Part shown: positions 1 to 10,953 of the stretch, in pieces
Position numbering within the stretch: position 1 is the stretch's first letter
Layout of the letters: each line of letters opens with the position of its first letter
From: an uncultured Flavobacteriaceae bacterium
GTDB lineage: Bacteria > Bacteroidota > Bacteroidia > Flavobacteriales > Flavobacteriaceae
Direction: 5' to 3'
Assembly (NCBI GenBank): GCA_947488435.1
Contig: CANKZG010000001.1
Location: forward strand, 734,308-798,307
DNA length: 64,000 nt
Translations under genes and position numbers: made by a program
The notes under the pieces: model-generated
Told to the model about the DNA's origin: nothing
What the model saw: the letters and a program-made list of their open reading frames with translations, nothing else
Databases searched by the model: none

Positions 1-889
1 GATGTTCTACTTGTAAACGGGTATTCATTTCTAAAAAATAAAAACTCTTATCGGCATCCAATAAAAACTCCACCGTACCTGCACCTACATAATCACAAGC
101 TTCAGCAACTTTAACCGCTGCATTTCCCATAGCTTCACGAAGTTCGGGGGTTAAAACCACAGAAGGCGCCTCTTCCACCACTTTTTGATGTCTTCGTTGT
201 ACACTACATTCTCTTTCAAAGAGGTGCACTATATTTCCATGCGTATCGGCTAAAACCTGAATTTCGATATGGCGCGGAGAGCCCACATATTTTTCAATAA
301 ATACAGCTCCATCTCCAAAAGCAGCTACCGCTTCACTTATGGCCCTCTCCATTTGTTCTGGGAGTTCTGTCAAGCTATTTACGACACGCATGCCTTTACC
401 ACCACCACCTGCCGCAGCTTTAATCAGAATAGGGAACCCTATTTCGGTAGCTATTTTTTCTGCTAAGGCAATATCGGTTATAGCTTCATCTATTCCTGGT
501 ACCATAGGAATATCATATACTTTTACAGCTTCTTTCGCAGCCAATTTATTTCCCATAACCTCAATAGCCTTGGGTTTGGGGCCTATAAAAGTAATGCCAT
601 TATCTTCTACCAATTTTGCGAATACAGCATTTTCACTTAAAAAACCATATCCAGGATGAATCGCATCGGCTTCTGTTTTTTTGCAAGCATCAATAATTTT
701 GTCCATCACTAGGTATGATTCTGAGGATGGTGCAGGTCCCAAGCAAACAGCCTCATCTGCAAATCGAACATGAGGTGCATTACGATCTACCTCCGAATAA
801 ACTGCCACCGTTTTTATGCCCATCTTTTGAGCGGTTCGCATAATACGAAGTGCTATTTCTCCTCGGTTTGCAATTAGAATTTTTTTCAT
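1..889 (-). CDS. accC: biotin carboxylase (acetyl-CoA carboxylase subunit), 5' part only; gene runs off window start
   Basis: Minus-strand translation from ATG at 889-887 reads MKKILIANRGEIALRIMRTAQKMGIKTVAVYSEVDRNAPHV..., a typical biotin carboxylase ATP-grasp N-terminus; immediately downstream of accB. Confidence 0.9.
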   Translation of the reverse strand, partial: MKKILIANRGEIALRIMRTAQKMGIKTVAVYSEVDRNAPHVRFADEAVCLGPAPSSESYLVMDKIIDACKKTEADAIHPGYGFLSENAVFAKLVEDNGITFIGPKPKAIEVMGNKLAAKEAVKVYDIPMVPGIDEAITDIALAEKIATEIGFPILIKAAAGGGGKGMRVVNSLTELPEQMERAISEAVAAFGDGAVFIEKYVGSPRHIEIQVLADTHGNIVHLFERECSVQRRHQKVVEEAPSVVLTPELREAMGNAAVKVAEACDYVGAGTVEFLLDADKSFYFLEMNTRLQVEH

Positions 890-909
890 GCTTTTATCTT
901 CTGCTCAAA

Positions 910-1389
910 TTATTCGATTATTATTAATAGCTGTCCTTTATCAACTGCATCATCTTTACTTACCTCAACGGATTTTACAGTGCCACTTCCGGGAGCCATG
1001 ATAATATTTTCCATTTTCATTGCCGAAAGCACCACCAATTGTGATCCTTCTTCAATAACATCACCGGCTTGCACCAAAACGTCAACAATCAAACCTGGCA
1101 TAGGAGCTTTAATATCGCTGATTTTCTGACTTTGCGCTTCTAATAGTCCCATTTTCTTTACCATTTGATCATAGGCATCGTGTATGGTTAGCGTATAATT
1201 TGTTCCATTTACACGAATTGTAAATTCTTTCTTAATCCAGTCTTTATTTACAATTACTACATCATAAGCGGTATGTCCATGAAGTACATGCAGGTTTCCT
1301 TTTGGGGTTTCTATTACATCTAAATTTTTTGCATCTGCTTCAGAAATCCCAATTTCAACCGTATCGATATTTACTTTGTATTCGCTCAT
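910..1389 (-). CDS. accB: biotin carboxyl carrier protein
   Basis: 159 aa, C-terminal biotinyl domain with the AMKM biotinylation motif; accB-accC order. Confidence 0.9.
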   Translation of the reverse strand: MSEYKVNIDTVEIGISEADAKNLDVIETPKGNLHVLHGHTAYDVVIVNKDWIKKEFTIRVNGTNYTLTIHDAYDQMVKKMGLLEAQSQKISDIKAPMPGLIVDVLVQAGDVIEEGSQLVVLSAMKMENIIMAPGSGTVKSVEVSKDDAVDKGQLLIIIE

Positions 1390-1585
1390 TGTCTTTTTTA
1401 CAATAGTTATGCTAGTTCATGATGCTATGAATCACATCACAGCCTAATATAATGCACTAATATACCTATAATTTTAGAGCTCTTGAAGTTCCCTTATCTC
1501 CTTAGACCAATTTTTTTTAACATGATATTTATCATGGTTATTAACGCAATACATTTCTAATTTTGATCATAAGATATAACTAATT

Positions 1586-2943
1586 ATGTGTCAGCTTACT
1601 CAAAAATATAACGTTCCAGGACCTCGATATACCAGCTATCCTACTGTGCCTTTCTGGGATGCTCCATCCTTTTCAGGAAAAAAATGGAAGGAAATAATAA
1701 CACAGCGTTTCCAAATTAAAAAAAAGGAAGGTATAAGTTTATATATACATCTCCCTTTTTGTGAAAGTATGTGTACTTTTTGTGGTTGTCATAAACGCAT
1801 CACAAAACGCCATGAGCTCGAAATCCCTTATATAAAAGCGTTATTGAAAGAACTGGGATTGTATGTCACCCTTTTTGGGGAAAAACCAAAACTAAAAGCA
1901 TTGCATCTTGGGGGGGAACACCTACTTTTTTTACTCCAGAAAACCTAGCCTTCCTAATGCAAGGCGTAGAGCGGTTGACACAAAAAACAGATAATTCACA
2001 ATTTAGTTTTGAAGGACATCCAAACAATACCACCAAAGTGCATTTGCAAACACTATATAGCTTTGGTTTTCGTAGCGTTTGTTTTGGGGTTCAGGATTAC
2101 AATATTCGCGTACAAAAGGCCATCCATAGAATACAACCTTTTGAAAACGTAAAAAATGTTACTGAATGGGCTCGTGAAATTGGATATACTTCGATAGGTC
2201 ATGACATTATTTATGGTCTCCCTTTCCAAAGCTTGTCGGATGTGAAAACTACTCTAGCAAAAACCACGATGCTGCAACCAGATCGTATAGCTTTTTATAG
2301 TTACGCTCATGTTCCGTGGCGAAAAGGAAACGGACAACGAGGATTTCAAGATTCGGATTTGCCAACAGCAGCCGCAAAAAAAATCCATTATGAAACCGGG
2401 AAAACGGTTTTAAAACAACAAGGATATCAAGATATAGGGATGGATCATTTTGCATACCCTACAGATTCCTTGGCACTTGCTGCAAAAAATGGAAGCCTTC
2501 ATCGGAATTTTATGGGCTATACCGCATCTAAAGCCGGGTTGTTGTTAGGTTTAGGGGTGTCCAGTATTAGCGATAGTTGGACAGGCTTTGCACAAAATGT
2601 AAAAAGCATAGAAGCCTATGAACACCTGATAACTCATAATATTATTCCTTTAGACCAAGGTCACATCTTAACAGAAAAGGATTTGTGCATACGAAAACAT
2701 ATTTTAAATCTTATGTGCAGTTTTCAAACTTCTTGGAACAATTTAGAGGATTATATACCAGAACTAGAATCGATTACAAAACGCCTAGAGGTTATGGAAA
2801 CCGATGGTTTGGTAAAAATTTCGTCTAAAAAACTTCTGGTAACTCCAAAAGGGAGGCCTTTTATACGCAATATCTGTATGGCCTTTGATCTGTATTTGCA
2901 TAAACAAAAAATGGAAACCCCCTTATTTTCAATGACCGTTTAA
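1586..2943 (+). pseudogene. hemN: oxygen-independent coproporphyrinogen III oxidase (radical SAM), interrupted by a -1 frameshift in a G7 homopolymer (or a sequencing error)
   Basis: ORFs 1586-1948 and 1957-2943 together give a full HemN (PGPRYTSYPT start, CxxxCxxC radical-SAM motif CESMCTFCGC). Adding one G to the run at 1910-1916 restores LHLGGGTPTFFTPENLAFLMQGVE in one frame. Confidence 0.6.
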
Positions 2944-2966
2944 ATGAATTTTTAATAGTATTTATT

Positions 2967-3788
2967 ATGAAAAAAATTATCGTCCCATTAGATTTTTCTG
3001 AACAAGCAGAACAAGCTTTGAGAGTTGCTGCTACTTTAGCCAAAGCGCATGGCGCGGAAATATTTGCTTTACACATGTTAGAATTATCCGCTGCTTTTCT
3101 TTCGTCAGCAGAAGGGTACAATGCAGAGCAAACAGTATTTTTGTTGAAAATGGGTGAAAAGAATTTTAAAAAATTCTTAGACAAACCCTATCTAAAAGAT
3201 ATTAAAGTAACCCCTATTATAAAACACTATAAAGTGTTTAGTGAGGTGAACACCATCGCCGAAAAACACGATGCAGACCTTATAATAATGGGTTCGCATG
3301 GTACCGATGGATTGCAAGAAGTTTTTATTGGTTCGAATACAGAAAAAGTAGTACGCCATTCCAAAATACCTGTTTTGGTAATTAAAGGAGCCATAGCGGA
3401 TTTTAAAATTGAGCGATTTGTTTTTGCTTGTGATTTTAAAGAAGCAAGTATTCCTGCATTGCAAAAGGCTATTAACTTTGTTAAACTGGTACAGGCAGAA
3501 TTGCACTTGGTATATATTAACACTCCTGGAGATGCATTTTTAAGTACGGAAGATGCCTATAGCAGAATAGCTAAGTTTTTGAACATCGCGCGATTAGGAC
3601 TTGAAATAGAAATTTATAATGACTATACCGTAGAAGAGGGTATTTTAAACTATAGTGAGACGCTGGCAGCTGATGTAATTGGCATTCCTACACATGGAAG
3701 AAAAGGTTTGGCACACTTTTTTAGAGGTAGTATTGGCGAAGATCTTGTAAATCATTCTCAAATTCCTGTTTTAACCTTTGCAATATAG
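2967..3788 (+). CDS. universal stress protein (tandem UspA domains)
   Basis: 273 aa, two Usp-like halves (MKKIIVPLDFSEQAEQAL..., GSHGTDGL). Confidence 0.75.
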   Translation: MKKIIVPLDFSEQAEQALRVAATLAKAHGAEIFALHMLELSAAFLSSAEGYNAEQTVFLLKMGEKNFKKFLDKPYLKDIKVTPIIKHYKVFSEVNTIAEKHDADLIIMGSHGTDGLQEVFIGSNTEKVVRHSKIPVLVIKGAIADFKIERFVFACDFKEASIPALQKAINFVKLVQAELHLVYINTPGDAFLSTEDAYSRIAKFLNIARLGLEIEIYNDYTVEEGILNYSETLAADVIGIPTHGRKGLAHFFRGSIGEDLVNHSQIPVLTFAI

Positions 3789-3819
3789 GGGTGGTTAATT
3801 ATTATCTATGATTAAATAG

Positions 3820-3848
3820 AAAAGGGAGTCGCAAGCGACTCCCTTTTG
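3820..3848. terminator. bidirectional rho-independent terminator between convergent usp and aqpZ
   Basis: Perfect inverted repeat AAAAGGGAGTCGC-aagc-GCGACTCCCTTTTGTTTTTT with A/T runs on both sides. Confidence 0.6.
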
Positions 3849-3856
3849 TTTTTTAA

Positions 3857-4543
3857 TTACGCTTCTTCAGGAGACATATATTTGTATACTACTCCAGCTA
3901 TTAGGGCTCCAATTATGGGAGCCACCCAAAACAACCATAGCTGACTAATTGCCCAATCTCCCGCAAACAACGCTTGGCTTGTGCTTCGGGCAGGGTTAAC
4001 CGAAGTATTTGTTACGGGGATACTAATAAGGTGAATTAAGGTAAGTCCCAAACCTATGGCTAGTCCAGCAAAACCCTTTGGGGCTTTGCTATGTGTGGCG
4101 CCTAAAATAATTATTAAAAACATAAAGGTAAGCACGATCTCAGTAACTAAAGCTGCTACCATACTATATCCTCCAGGGGAATGTTCTCCATAACCGTTCG
4201 CCGCAAATCCTCCCAATTCAAAACCAGGTTTTCCACTGGCAATAAGATATAAGATTCCCGCTCCGGCAATACCTCCCAATACTTGAGCTACAATGTAAGG
4301 AATAAGGTCTTTTTTGTCGAAACGACCTCCGATCCAAAGGCCAATGGATACAGCAGGGTTTAGGTGACATCCTGAAATATGACCAATAGCATAAGCCATG
4401 GTCACAACTGTTAAACCAAAGGCCAGTGCAACCCCTGCAAATCCAATTCCTAATTCGGGATAGCCAGCTGCTAAAACAGCGCTACCACAACCTCCAAGAA
4501 CCAACCAAAAGGTTCCGATAAATTCTGCGATTAATTTTTTCAT
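3857..4543 (-). CDS. aqpZ: aquaporin Z
   Basis: 228 aa, near-colinear with E. coli AqpZ; both NPA motifs (HLNPAVS, SVNPARS). Confidence 0.9.
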   Translation of the reverse strand: MKKLIAEFIGTFWLVLGGCGSAVLAAGYPELGIGFAGVALAFGLTVVTMAYAIGHISGCHLNPAVSIGLWIGGRFDKKDLIPYIVAQVLGGIAGAGILYLIASGKPGFELGGFAANGYGEHSPGGYSMVAALVTEIVLTFMFLIIILGATHSKAPKGFAGLAIGLGLTLIHLISIPVTNTSVNPARSTSQALFAGDWAISQLWLFWVAPIIGALIAGVVYKYMSPEEA

Positions 4544-4706
4544 TTGTACAAATTTAATGTTAGTGTTTATTGCTGTTGTTGACGTAATTTAAATGGATTA
4601 CCTTCTGTTTTTCAGCAATCTAGTTAGCTTTAAATATAGGGAAATTCAAAGATTTGATTAAAGTTTCCTTCAGTATCCTTCTAAGCAGCGAATATTCTAA
4701 TAGTAA

Positions 4707-5417
4707 TTAAGGTTGATGACACTCTACTTCTGCAGTAACCAAATTCGTAGTTGTTAGTTTTGGGGAGACATAAGGAATACCTAACCCCATTCCCCTTAAA
4801 ATAAATAGCATTCCCACAAACAAAACAATGGCAGGGATAAATTTTCGTATTCCAATGTTGGTGGTTTTTTTTAAAGCTCCTCCAAGGTATACAACAGCGG
4901 ACATTAACGGTATTGTACCTAGTCCGAAAAATGCCATGTATCCAGCTCCTTGTATAGAGTTTCCAAAACCCATAGCTCCTATAAGAGCAATATATACTAG
5001 ACCACATGGTAAAAACCCATTTAAAAACCCTATCGTCAAAAAAGTGTCCGCAGTTTTCTTTTGTAGGGCGGCCCCTAGCATTGATTTAACTTTTACCAAG
5101 ACTTTATAACTCCATTTTGCGATGTTATGTTTTTGTAAAAACTGACTTGGAAGGAGGACCAATAAAATCATAACTACTCCAGCAAAAATTGACAGTTTTT
5201 GCTGCAACCCAAAAATATAGAGCCCTTTTCCTAACAAACCAAACATACCGCCTAATACGCTGTAGGAAAGTAATCGCCCCAAATGATACAGCACTAGTTG
5301 TCCTAACTTAGTGGCAGCGTGCTTATGATTTAAGGGAAGCATAAAGGCAATAGGACCACACATGCCTAAACAATGTAAGCTTCCAAAAAAACCGAGTAAA
5401 ATTGCTGCTCCCCACAT
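4707..5417 (-). CDS. TauE/SafE-family membrane protein (cco-cluster associated)
   Basis: 236 aa polytopic membrane protein with HCLGMCGP motif, last gene of the cco operon. Confidence 0.5.
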   Translation of the reverse strand: MWGAAILLGFFGSLHCLGMCGPIAFMLPLNHKHAATKLGQLVLYHLGRLLSYSVLGGMFGLLGKGLYIFGLQQKLSIFAGVVMILLVLLPSQFLQKHNIAKWSYKVLVKVKSMLGAALQKKTADTFLTIGFLNGFLPCGLVYIALIGAMGFGNSIQGAGYMAFFGLGTIPLMSAVVYLGGALKKTTNIGIRKFIPAIVLFVGMLFILRGMGLGIPYVSPKLTTTNLVTAEVECHQP

Positions 5418-5427
5418 AGCTATATGC

Positions 5428-5874
5428 CTAAAGAGTTATCTTTTCTTTGTGTAAAAATTGGGTTCCTTTGTACGTCCATTTTACCGTAATATCCCAACGT
5501 CCTGCAACTATTTGATCCGATGGGATATAGATACTTTTTTCTTTTAGTGCTATAGATATCTGAGTATCGAGTTTGCGATTGGAAGGTCGGTACAAAAAAA
5601 TGGTTCCTTCAATATTTTTTTCATCAAAATGCTCGGGAAAAAAGATAGTAAGTCCATTCTTTTCATTCACCACTTCCAGTATCGCGTTCATTTTCTGAGC
5701 GCTTTCTGCAGCATCCAATTCTTGTTGATAATTTAATTCTTGCTTATAATACTCCTTAGTCACCAAATCATGGTTTGCGCTATCGTCCATACTCATTCGT
5801 ATTACGAAGTATAAAATAAATACGATAAAACCTACAAATGCTAAAACTATGCCTACTCCCCAATTTATTTTCAT
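5428..5874 (-). CDS. FixH/CcoH family protein
   Basis: 148 aa, one N-terminal TM helix, located after ccoG. Confidence 0.65.
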   Translation of the reverse strand: MKINWGVGIVLAFVGFIVFILYFVIRMSMDDSANHDLVTKEYYKQELNYQQELDAAESAQKMNAILEVVNEKNGLTIFFPEHFDEKNIEGTIFLYRPSNRKLDTQISIALKEKSIYIPSDQIVAGRWDITVKWTYKGTQFLHKEKITL

Positions 5875-5915
5875 GTTTTCTTATTTCGATACGCGATTTC
5901 GAGTATACTTAAAAC

Positions 5916-7325
5916 CTAATTATAACTTCTTGGTGCCAAAAACTGTGCAGCCGTAGTTTCCAGCAAAACATCCTTACTAAACACTCCAATTTTTAAACTG
6001 TTTTTATCTCCACTTAAAGCCGTTTGCGGAATTTCTATAAAAAGCGTTCCTTCTGCCAAAGCCTCTCCCTTTATCTCAAAATTTTTCTGAGACACCATGG
6101 TTATGGTTCCATCATGCGATAGCAGTTTAAAACTAATGGCATCAATTCTTTTTGAAGTTTTATTTACCAACTTATACGTATATACGTTGCTAATTATATT
6201 ATCTGCTTTTCGCTCATATAATTGCCCAGGTAGCCTTAAAATATTTGCTTCCAATTCGTTTCGCAGAAATAACATCCCCACAAATATTCCGGTCAAAATA
6301 AGTAAAACGACGGTATAGCCTTTCATCCGAGCTGTAAATTTAAACTTAGATTTAGCTGTAATATTATCTTCACTTGCATAACGGATAAGGCCTTTTGGTT
6401 TTTCTATTTTCTCCATGATGGTATCACATTCATCAATGCAAGCAGTACAATTAACACATTCCAATTGGGTCCCGTTTCTAATATCTATTCCTGTAGGACA
6501 TACATGTACACATTGAAAACAATCGATACAATCTCCATGGCCCAGAGTGGTGCGATCTTCATTTTTTCGAAATTTTTTCCGTCCTTTCTCTCCTTCTCCT
6601 CGTTTATGATCGTAAGCAACTACAATTGATTTGTTGTCCAATAAAACGCCTTGTAACCGCCCATATGGACAAGCGATAATACACACTTGTTCTCGAAACC
6701 ATGCAAAAACGAAATAGAATATCCCTGTGAAAATAAGCAGTGGAATCATAGTGCTCACATGCTGCAGCGGTCCATCAATTATATAGCGTAGTAAACGATC
6801 ACTCCCGATTAGATAGGCTAAAAAAACATTGGCAATTACAAAAGAAATAATAAAAAACAGTGCCCATTTTAATGCTCTTTTTCGGATTTTATTCCCATTC
6901 CAAGGGGCTTTCGCTAATCGCATTTGTGCACCTCTATCTCCATCTATCCAGTACTCGATTCTTCGAAATACCATCTCCATAAAAATTGTTTGTGGACACA
7001 TCCAACCACAAAAAATACGGCCAAAAGCTACAGTGAATAATGCCACAAAAATGACTCCGGCAATCATAGAAATTACAAACAGATGAAAATCTTGTGGCCA
7101 AAAAGGAAAACCAAAAATCACAAATCGGCGTTCTAAAATATTAAATAGTAAGAACTGATGCCCGTTTAATTTTATAAAAGGAGCTGTAAAAAGAAAGAGC
7201 AATAATGCATAGCTTACATATTTTCGATAGTTATAGTACCGCCCACTAGGTTTTTTAGGGAAAACCCAAGCACGCTTTCCTTCCGAATCAATTGTTCCAA
7301 TAGCATCTCTAAAATTCTCGTCCAT
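5916..7325 (-). CDS. ccoG: cbb3 oxidase accessory protein CcoG (4Fe-4S ferredoxin-type)
   Basis: 469 aa; Cys clusters CGWMCPQ, CIDCFQCVHVCP, CVNCTACIDEC; TM helices. Confidence 0.85.
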   Translation of the reverse strand: MDENFRDAIGTIDSEGKRAWVFPKKPSGRYYNYRKYVSYALLLFLFTAPFIKLNGHQFLLFNILERRFVIFGFPFWPQDFHLFVISMIAGVIFVALFTVAFGRIFCGWMCPQTIFMEMVFRRIEYWIDGDRGAQMRLAKAPWNGNKIRKRALKWALFFIISFVIANVFLAYLIGSDRLLRYIIDGPLQHVSTMIPLLIFTGIFYFVFAWFREQVCIIACPYGRLQGVLLDNKSIVVAYDHKRGEGEKGRKKFRKNEDRTTLGHGDCIDCFQCVHVCPTGIDIRNGTQLECVNCTACIDECDTIMEKIEKPKGLIRYASEDNITAKSKFKFTARMKGYTVVLLILTGIFVGMLFLRNELEANILRLPGQLYERKADNIISNVYTYKLVNKTSKRIDAISFKLLSHDGTITMVSQKNFEIKGEALAEGTLFIEIPQTALSGDKNSLKIGVFSKDVLLETTAAQFLAPRSYN

Positions 7326-7385
7326 CCTGGATTTATTCGTATATGGAAATAATTGACTTAATCTCTAGACTCCTGTACGGTTCTA

Positions 7386-8285
7386 TCAATGTTTTCTTTT
7401 ATCTCTTTCCACTTCATCAACCCAAAGATCTCCTTCTGTAGGTTTCGGGTTAGCAGGTGTTGTCCCCTGAAGTGATAAAACATAACTGGAAACTTGAGCA
7501 ATCTGAGCAGGCTTCAAACTTTGTTTCCAAGCAATCATTCCCTTCCCATCTCTACCTCCTTCTGAAATTGTGGTGAACACATTTTTTATTCCACCTCCTA
7601 AAATCCAGTAGGCATCGGTTAAGTTTGGTCCTATTCCGCCACCGCCATCTGGTAAATGACAAACGGCACAATTGGAATTGAATATTTTTTTTCCCGCATT
7701 TAAATCTGCTGCTTCCTCCGAAACAGTAACACTATTTGCATCTACCAAATCTTTTGCATTTTTTCTATAAATTTCAATAGCTTGCCTTGCCTCGGCAACT
7801 TCCTGTTCATATTCATTAGCTTGGGTATAATCACCAATGACATGAAAACGTACCAGATATATTACACCAAAAATAATTGTGGCATAAAAAAGATATACCC
7901 ACCATGGAGGAAGTGTATTATCCAGCTCCTGAATACCATCGTAGTTATGATCCAGAACAATTTCGTTTTCTTCTGCTATAGGTCTATTCCCAAGAAGTTT
8001 CTTATAGCATCTTTTTCCCCATGTCCATTCCCACTTTTGTTTTTTAGTCAAGAGGTATCGTTCTTGCGCTTCAGCAGAAAGTGTTCGAAACATTACATTT
8101 TCAATGGCATGGACTACAAGTTCAATTGCAATAAGTAAAAGCAATACAAGTAGTAAAAAATATAGGGTAATAGGGTAGGCAACGACAGTTAATTGGTCAC
8201 CGGAATCTATAACCAGTTCCAACACTACAACAACGAATAAAAAAATTACGGGGACACGAATCCACCAAGGTGTTCTTAGGTTCAT
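7386..8285 (-). CDS. ccoP: cbb3-type cytochrome c oxidase subunit III (mono-haem c)
   Basis: 299 aa, TM N-terminus, single CxxCH (CAVCH); overlaps ccoQ by 4 nt. Confidence 0.8.
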   Translation of the reverse strand: MNLRTPWWIRVPVIFLFVVVVLELVIDSGDQLTVVAYPITLYFLLLVLLLLIAIELVVHAIENVMFRTLSAEAQERYLLTKKQKWEWTWGKRCYKKLLGNRPIAEENEIVLDHNYDGIQELDNTLPPWWVYLFYATIIFGVIYLVRFHVIGDYTQANEYEQEVAEARQAIEIYRKNAKDLVDANSVTVSEEAADLNAGKKIFNSNCAVCHLPDGGGGIGPNLTDAYWILGGGIKNVFTTISEGGRDGKGMIAWKQSLKPAQIAQVSSYVLSLQGTTPANPKPTEGDLWVDEVERDKRKH

Positions 8286-8473
8286 AGTATTGGATTTTGA
8301 TTGTCGTTCTTATCTAAAGGAAGTTCTCCCATTTCTTGAATATGATCTTTTGTTGCTGTAAATACCCACCAAAAAAGCAGCGCAAAAAACAGAAAGAAAA
8401 TAAGTAGGGATATCATCGGATATACTTGTATACCCTCGATACTTTCCATATGATTTTTTACAAATTTTAGCAT
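8282..8473 (-). CDS. CcoQ/FixQ-like small membrane protein
   Basis: 63 aa, single TM, between ccoNO and ccoP. Confidence 0.55.
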   Translation of the reverse strand: MLKFVKNHMESIEGIQVYPMISLLIFFLFFALLFWWVFTATKDHIQEMGELPLDKNDNQNPIL

Positions 8474-8476
8474 GAT

Positions 8477-10678
8477 CTATTTGTTTTGTGAGAGTGTTTC
8501 ATCGGTGTTCTTTATTTTTATATCTGTTCCCAAGCGTTGTAAATATGCTATTAGCGCGGTAATTTCTCTATCTCGCATGGCAACAAAGGGGCCACCATTT
8601 TCTTGGGCATTCTTTTTATCTGCTTCATAACTTTTTACAAACTCGGGGTCGGTATATAAATTTTGTTCAATTTCTAATGCTTGTTGCGCCATAGTTTCTT
8701 GAGCATTTGCAATATCCTCATCAGAATAAGGGACTCCAAGTTTCACCATCGCTCTCATTTTATCCTGCACACCACTTCGATCATGTTCCTTTCGCACCAA
8801 CCATTGGTATGCTGGCATAATTGATCCAGAAGAAGTACTTTGAGGATCGTACATATGATTCAAGTGCCAACTATCGGAATATTTTCCTCCGATACGAAGT
8901 AAATCCGGTCCAGTACGTTTGCTTCCCCATAAGAATGGGTGATCGTAAACAAATTCTCCTGCTTTGGCGTATTCTCCGTAGCGCTCCACTTCTGACCGAA
9001 ATGGTCGAATCATTTGAGAGTGGCAACCTACGCAACCTTCTCTGATATACAGATCTCTTCCCTCCAATTCTAAGGGAGTATATGGTTGTACACTCGTAAT
9101 GGTAGGGATATTCGATTTCACCAAAATCGTGGGTACAATTTGAATGATTCCGCCAATTAAGATGGCTACAGTCGCCAAAATAGTAAGTTGTATTGGCTTG
9201 CGTTCTAACCACGTATGAAAAGTTTCCCCAACAGTTCTGCGAGCAGACACTCGTGCCAGAGCGGGTGCTTCTGCCAGCTCATCCGTTACAGCACTTCCAG
9301 ACCTTATCGTTTTAACGACATTGTAAAGCATTACAAAAACACCTAAAATATAGAGGCTTCCTCCAATCGCCCTCATCCAATACATGGGGATAATTTGAGT
9401 AACGGTTTCTAAGAAATTTCCATATACTAAGGTGCCATCTGGATTAAATTCCTTCCACATGAGAGCCTGAATAAATCCGGCAACATACATGGGTAGTGCA
9501 TACAGTATTATTCCTAATGTTCCAATCCAAAAATGAAAATTAGCCAAACCTTTAGAGTATAATTTGGTTTTAAACATTTTGGGTATCATCCAGTACATTA
9601 CTCCAAAAGTTAAAAATCCATTCCAAGCAAGGGCTCCCACATGAACATGCGCTATAATCCAATCGCTAAAGTGTGCTATTGCATTTACGTTTTTTAGTGA
9701 TAGCAAGGGTCCTTCAAAAGTGGCCATGCCATACCCTGTAATAGCCACCACCATAAATTTTAGTGTTGCATCACTCCTGACCTTATCCCAGGCTCCTCGT
9801 AAAGTGAGAAGTCCATTAATCATTCCTCCCCAAGATGGGGCAATCAGCATAATGGAAAAAGCAACTCCTAAATTTTGAGCCCAATCGGGTAGGGAAGAAT
9901 ATAATAAATGGTGAGGCCCTGCCCAGATATATATGAAAATTAAAGACCAGAAATGAACAATAGAAAGGCGGTATGAATAAACAGGTCTATTGGCTGCTTT
10001 AGGAATATAATAATACATCAATCCTAAAAAAGGAGTCGTTAAAAAGAATGCTACCGCGTTATGCCCATACCACCATTGTACTAAAGCATCCTGTACTCCT
10101 GCATAAACAGAATAGCTCTTTAAAGCACTTACAGGAAGCTCTAAGCTATTAAAAATATGCAATACCGCTACGGTGACAAATGTTGCCAAATAAAACCAAA
10201 TTGCAACATACAAATGACGTTGTCTACGCTTTAATATGGTCCCTATAAGGTTCCATCCAAAAGCAACCCAAACCACAGCTATAGCCAAGTCTATTGGCCA
10301 TTCAAGTTCTGCGTATTCCTTAGAAGTGGTATAACCAAGCGGCAAGGTTATTGCAGCGGCAACGATAATCAACTGCCATCCCCAAAAATTAAAATTACTT
10401 AGGAAATCATTAAACATTCTTGCTTTCAGCAAACGCTGAGAAGAGTAATATACCCCAGCAAAAATCGCGTTTCCAACGAAGGCAAAAATTACCGCATTGG
10501 TATGTAAGGGTCTTAAGCGTCCAAAACTTAGCCAAGCTATGCCGTCCGTTATATTAGGGAAAAGGAACATAAAAGCCAATAGCAACCCTACAAGCATTCC
10601 AATAACTCCCCAAAATAGGGTTGCATAAAGAAATTTTTGTACAATTTTATTGTCGTAATGAAACTGTTGTATTTCCAT
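8477..10678 (-). CDS. ccoN: cbb3-type cytochrome c oxidase fused subunit I/II (CcoNO)
   Basis: 733 aa; haem-copper oxidase TM core followed by a mono-haem c domain (CVGCHSQMIRPF); fusion typical of Bacteroidetes. Confidence 0.9.
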   Translation of the reverse strand: MEIQQFHYDNKIVQKFLYATLFWGVIGMLVGLLLAFMFLFPNITDGIAWLSFGRLRPLHTNAVIFAFVGNAIFAGVYYSSQRLLKARMFNDFLSNFNFWGWQLIIVAAAITLPLGYTTSKEYAELEWPIDLAIAVVWVAFGWNLIGTILKRRQRHLYVAIWFYLATFVTVAVLHIFNSLELPVSALKSYSVYAGVQDALVQWWYGHNAVAFFLTTPFLGLMYYYIPKAANRPVYSYRLSIVHFWSLIFIYIWAGPHHLLYSSLPDWAQNLGVAFSIMLIAPSWGGMINGLLTLRGAWDKVRSDATLKFMVVAITGYGMATFEGPLLSLKNVNAIAHFSDWIIAHVHVGALAWNGFLTFGVMYWMIPKMFKTKLYSKGLANFHFWIGTLGIILYALPMYVAGFIQALMWKEFNPDGTLVYGNFLETVTQIIPMYWMRAIGGSLYILGVFVMLYNVVKTIRSGSAVTDELAEAPALARVSARRTVGETFHTWLERKPIQLTILATVAILIGGIIQIVPTILVKSNIPTITSVQPYTPLELEGRDLYIREGCVGCHSQMIRPFRSEVERYGEYAKAGEFVYDHPFLWGSKRTGPDLLRIGGKYSDSWHLNHMYDPQSTSSGSIMPAYQWLVRKEHDRSGVQDKMRAMVKLGVPYSDEDIANAQETMAQQALEIEQNLYTDPEFVKSYEADKKNAQENGGPFVAMRDREITALIAYLQRLGTDIKIKNTDETLSQNK

Positions 10679-10683
10679 ATGGA

Positions 10684-10893
10684 TTAGTTTTCACTGTTTT
10701 TTGGTGATTTTTTTACGGTAGTAATTTTATGCGTTTTTGAAGCCTGTTTTACAAGTTCATCTTCAAAAAGTATTCGAACTGAAGGGGTGTAGGTGTCATC
10801 ATATTGCCCTTTTTTTACAGCGGAAATAAAAGCTGCAAAAAAAATAATGGCTACGATAATACTAAGTGCTAATAACATATAAATTACATTCAT
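10684..10893 (-). CDS. ccoS: cbb3 oxidase maturation protein CcoS
   Basis: 69 aa, single TM, between ccoI and ccoNO. Confidence 0.7.
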   Translation of the reverse strand: MNVIYMLLALSIIVAIIFFAAFISAVKKGQYDDTYTPSVRILFEDELVKQASKTHKITTVKKSPKNSEN

Positions 10894-10953
10894 CTTATCC
10901 TGTATTTACACCGTAAAACTACTGTCTCTCTAAAAGTTAAAACATGATATAAA

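Noticed and set aside
269-659. Plus-strand ORFs 269-466 and 339-659
   Set aside because: They lie antisense inside the clearly coding accC gene (minus strand) and have low-complexity, proline/alanine-rich products; spurious.
4681-5109. ORFs 4681-5007(-) and 4828-5109(+) overlapping the TauE-like gene
   Set aside because: Alternative frames of a membrane-protein gene; Cys/Trp-rich nonsense products.
8821-9212. ORFs 8821-9045(+) and 8871-9212(-) and similar short ORFs inside cco genes
   Set aside because: Embedded in or antisense to ccoNO, whose product is unambiguous; no independent support.
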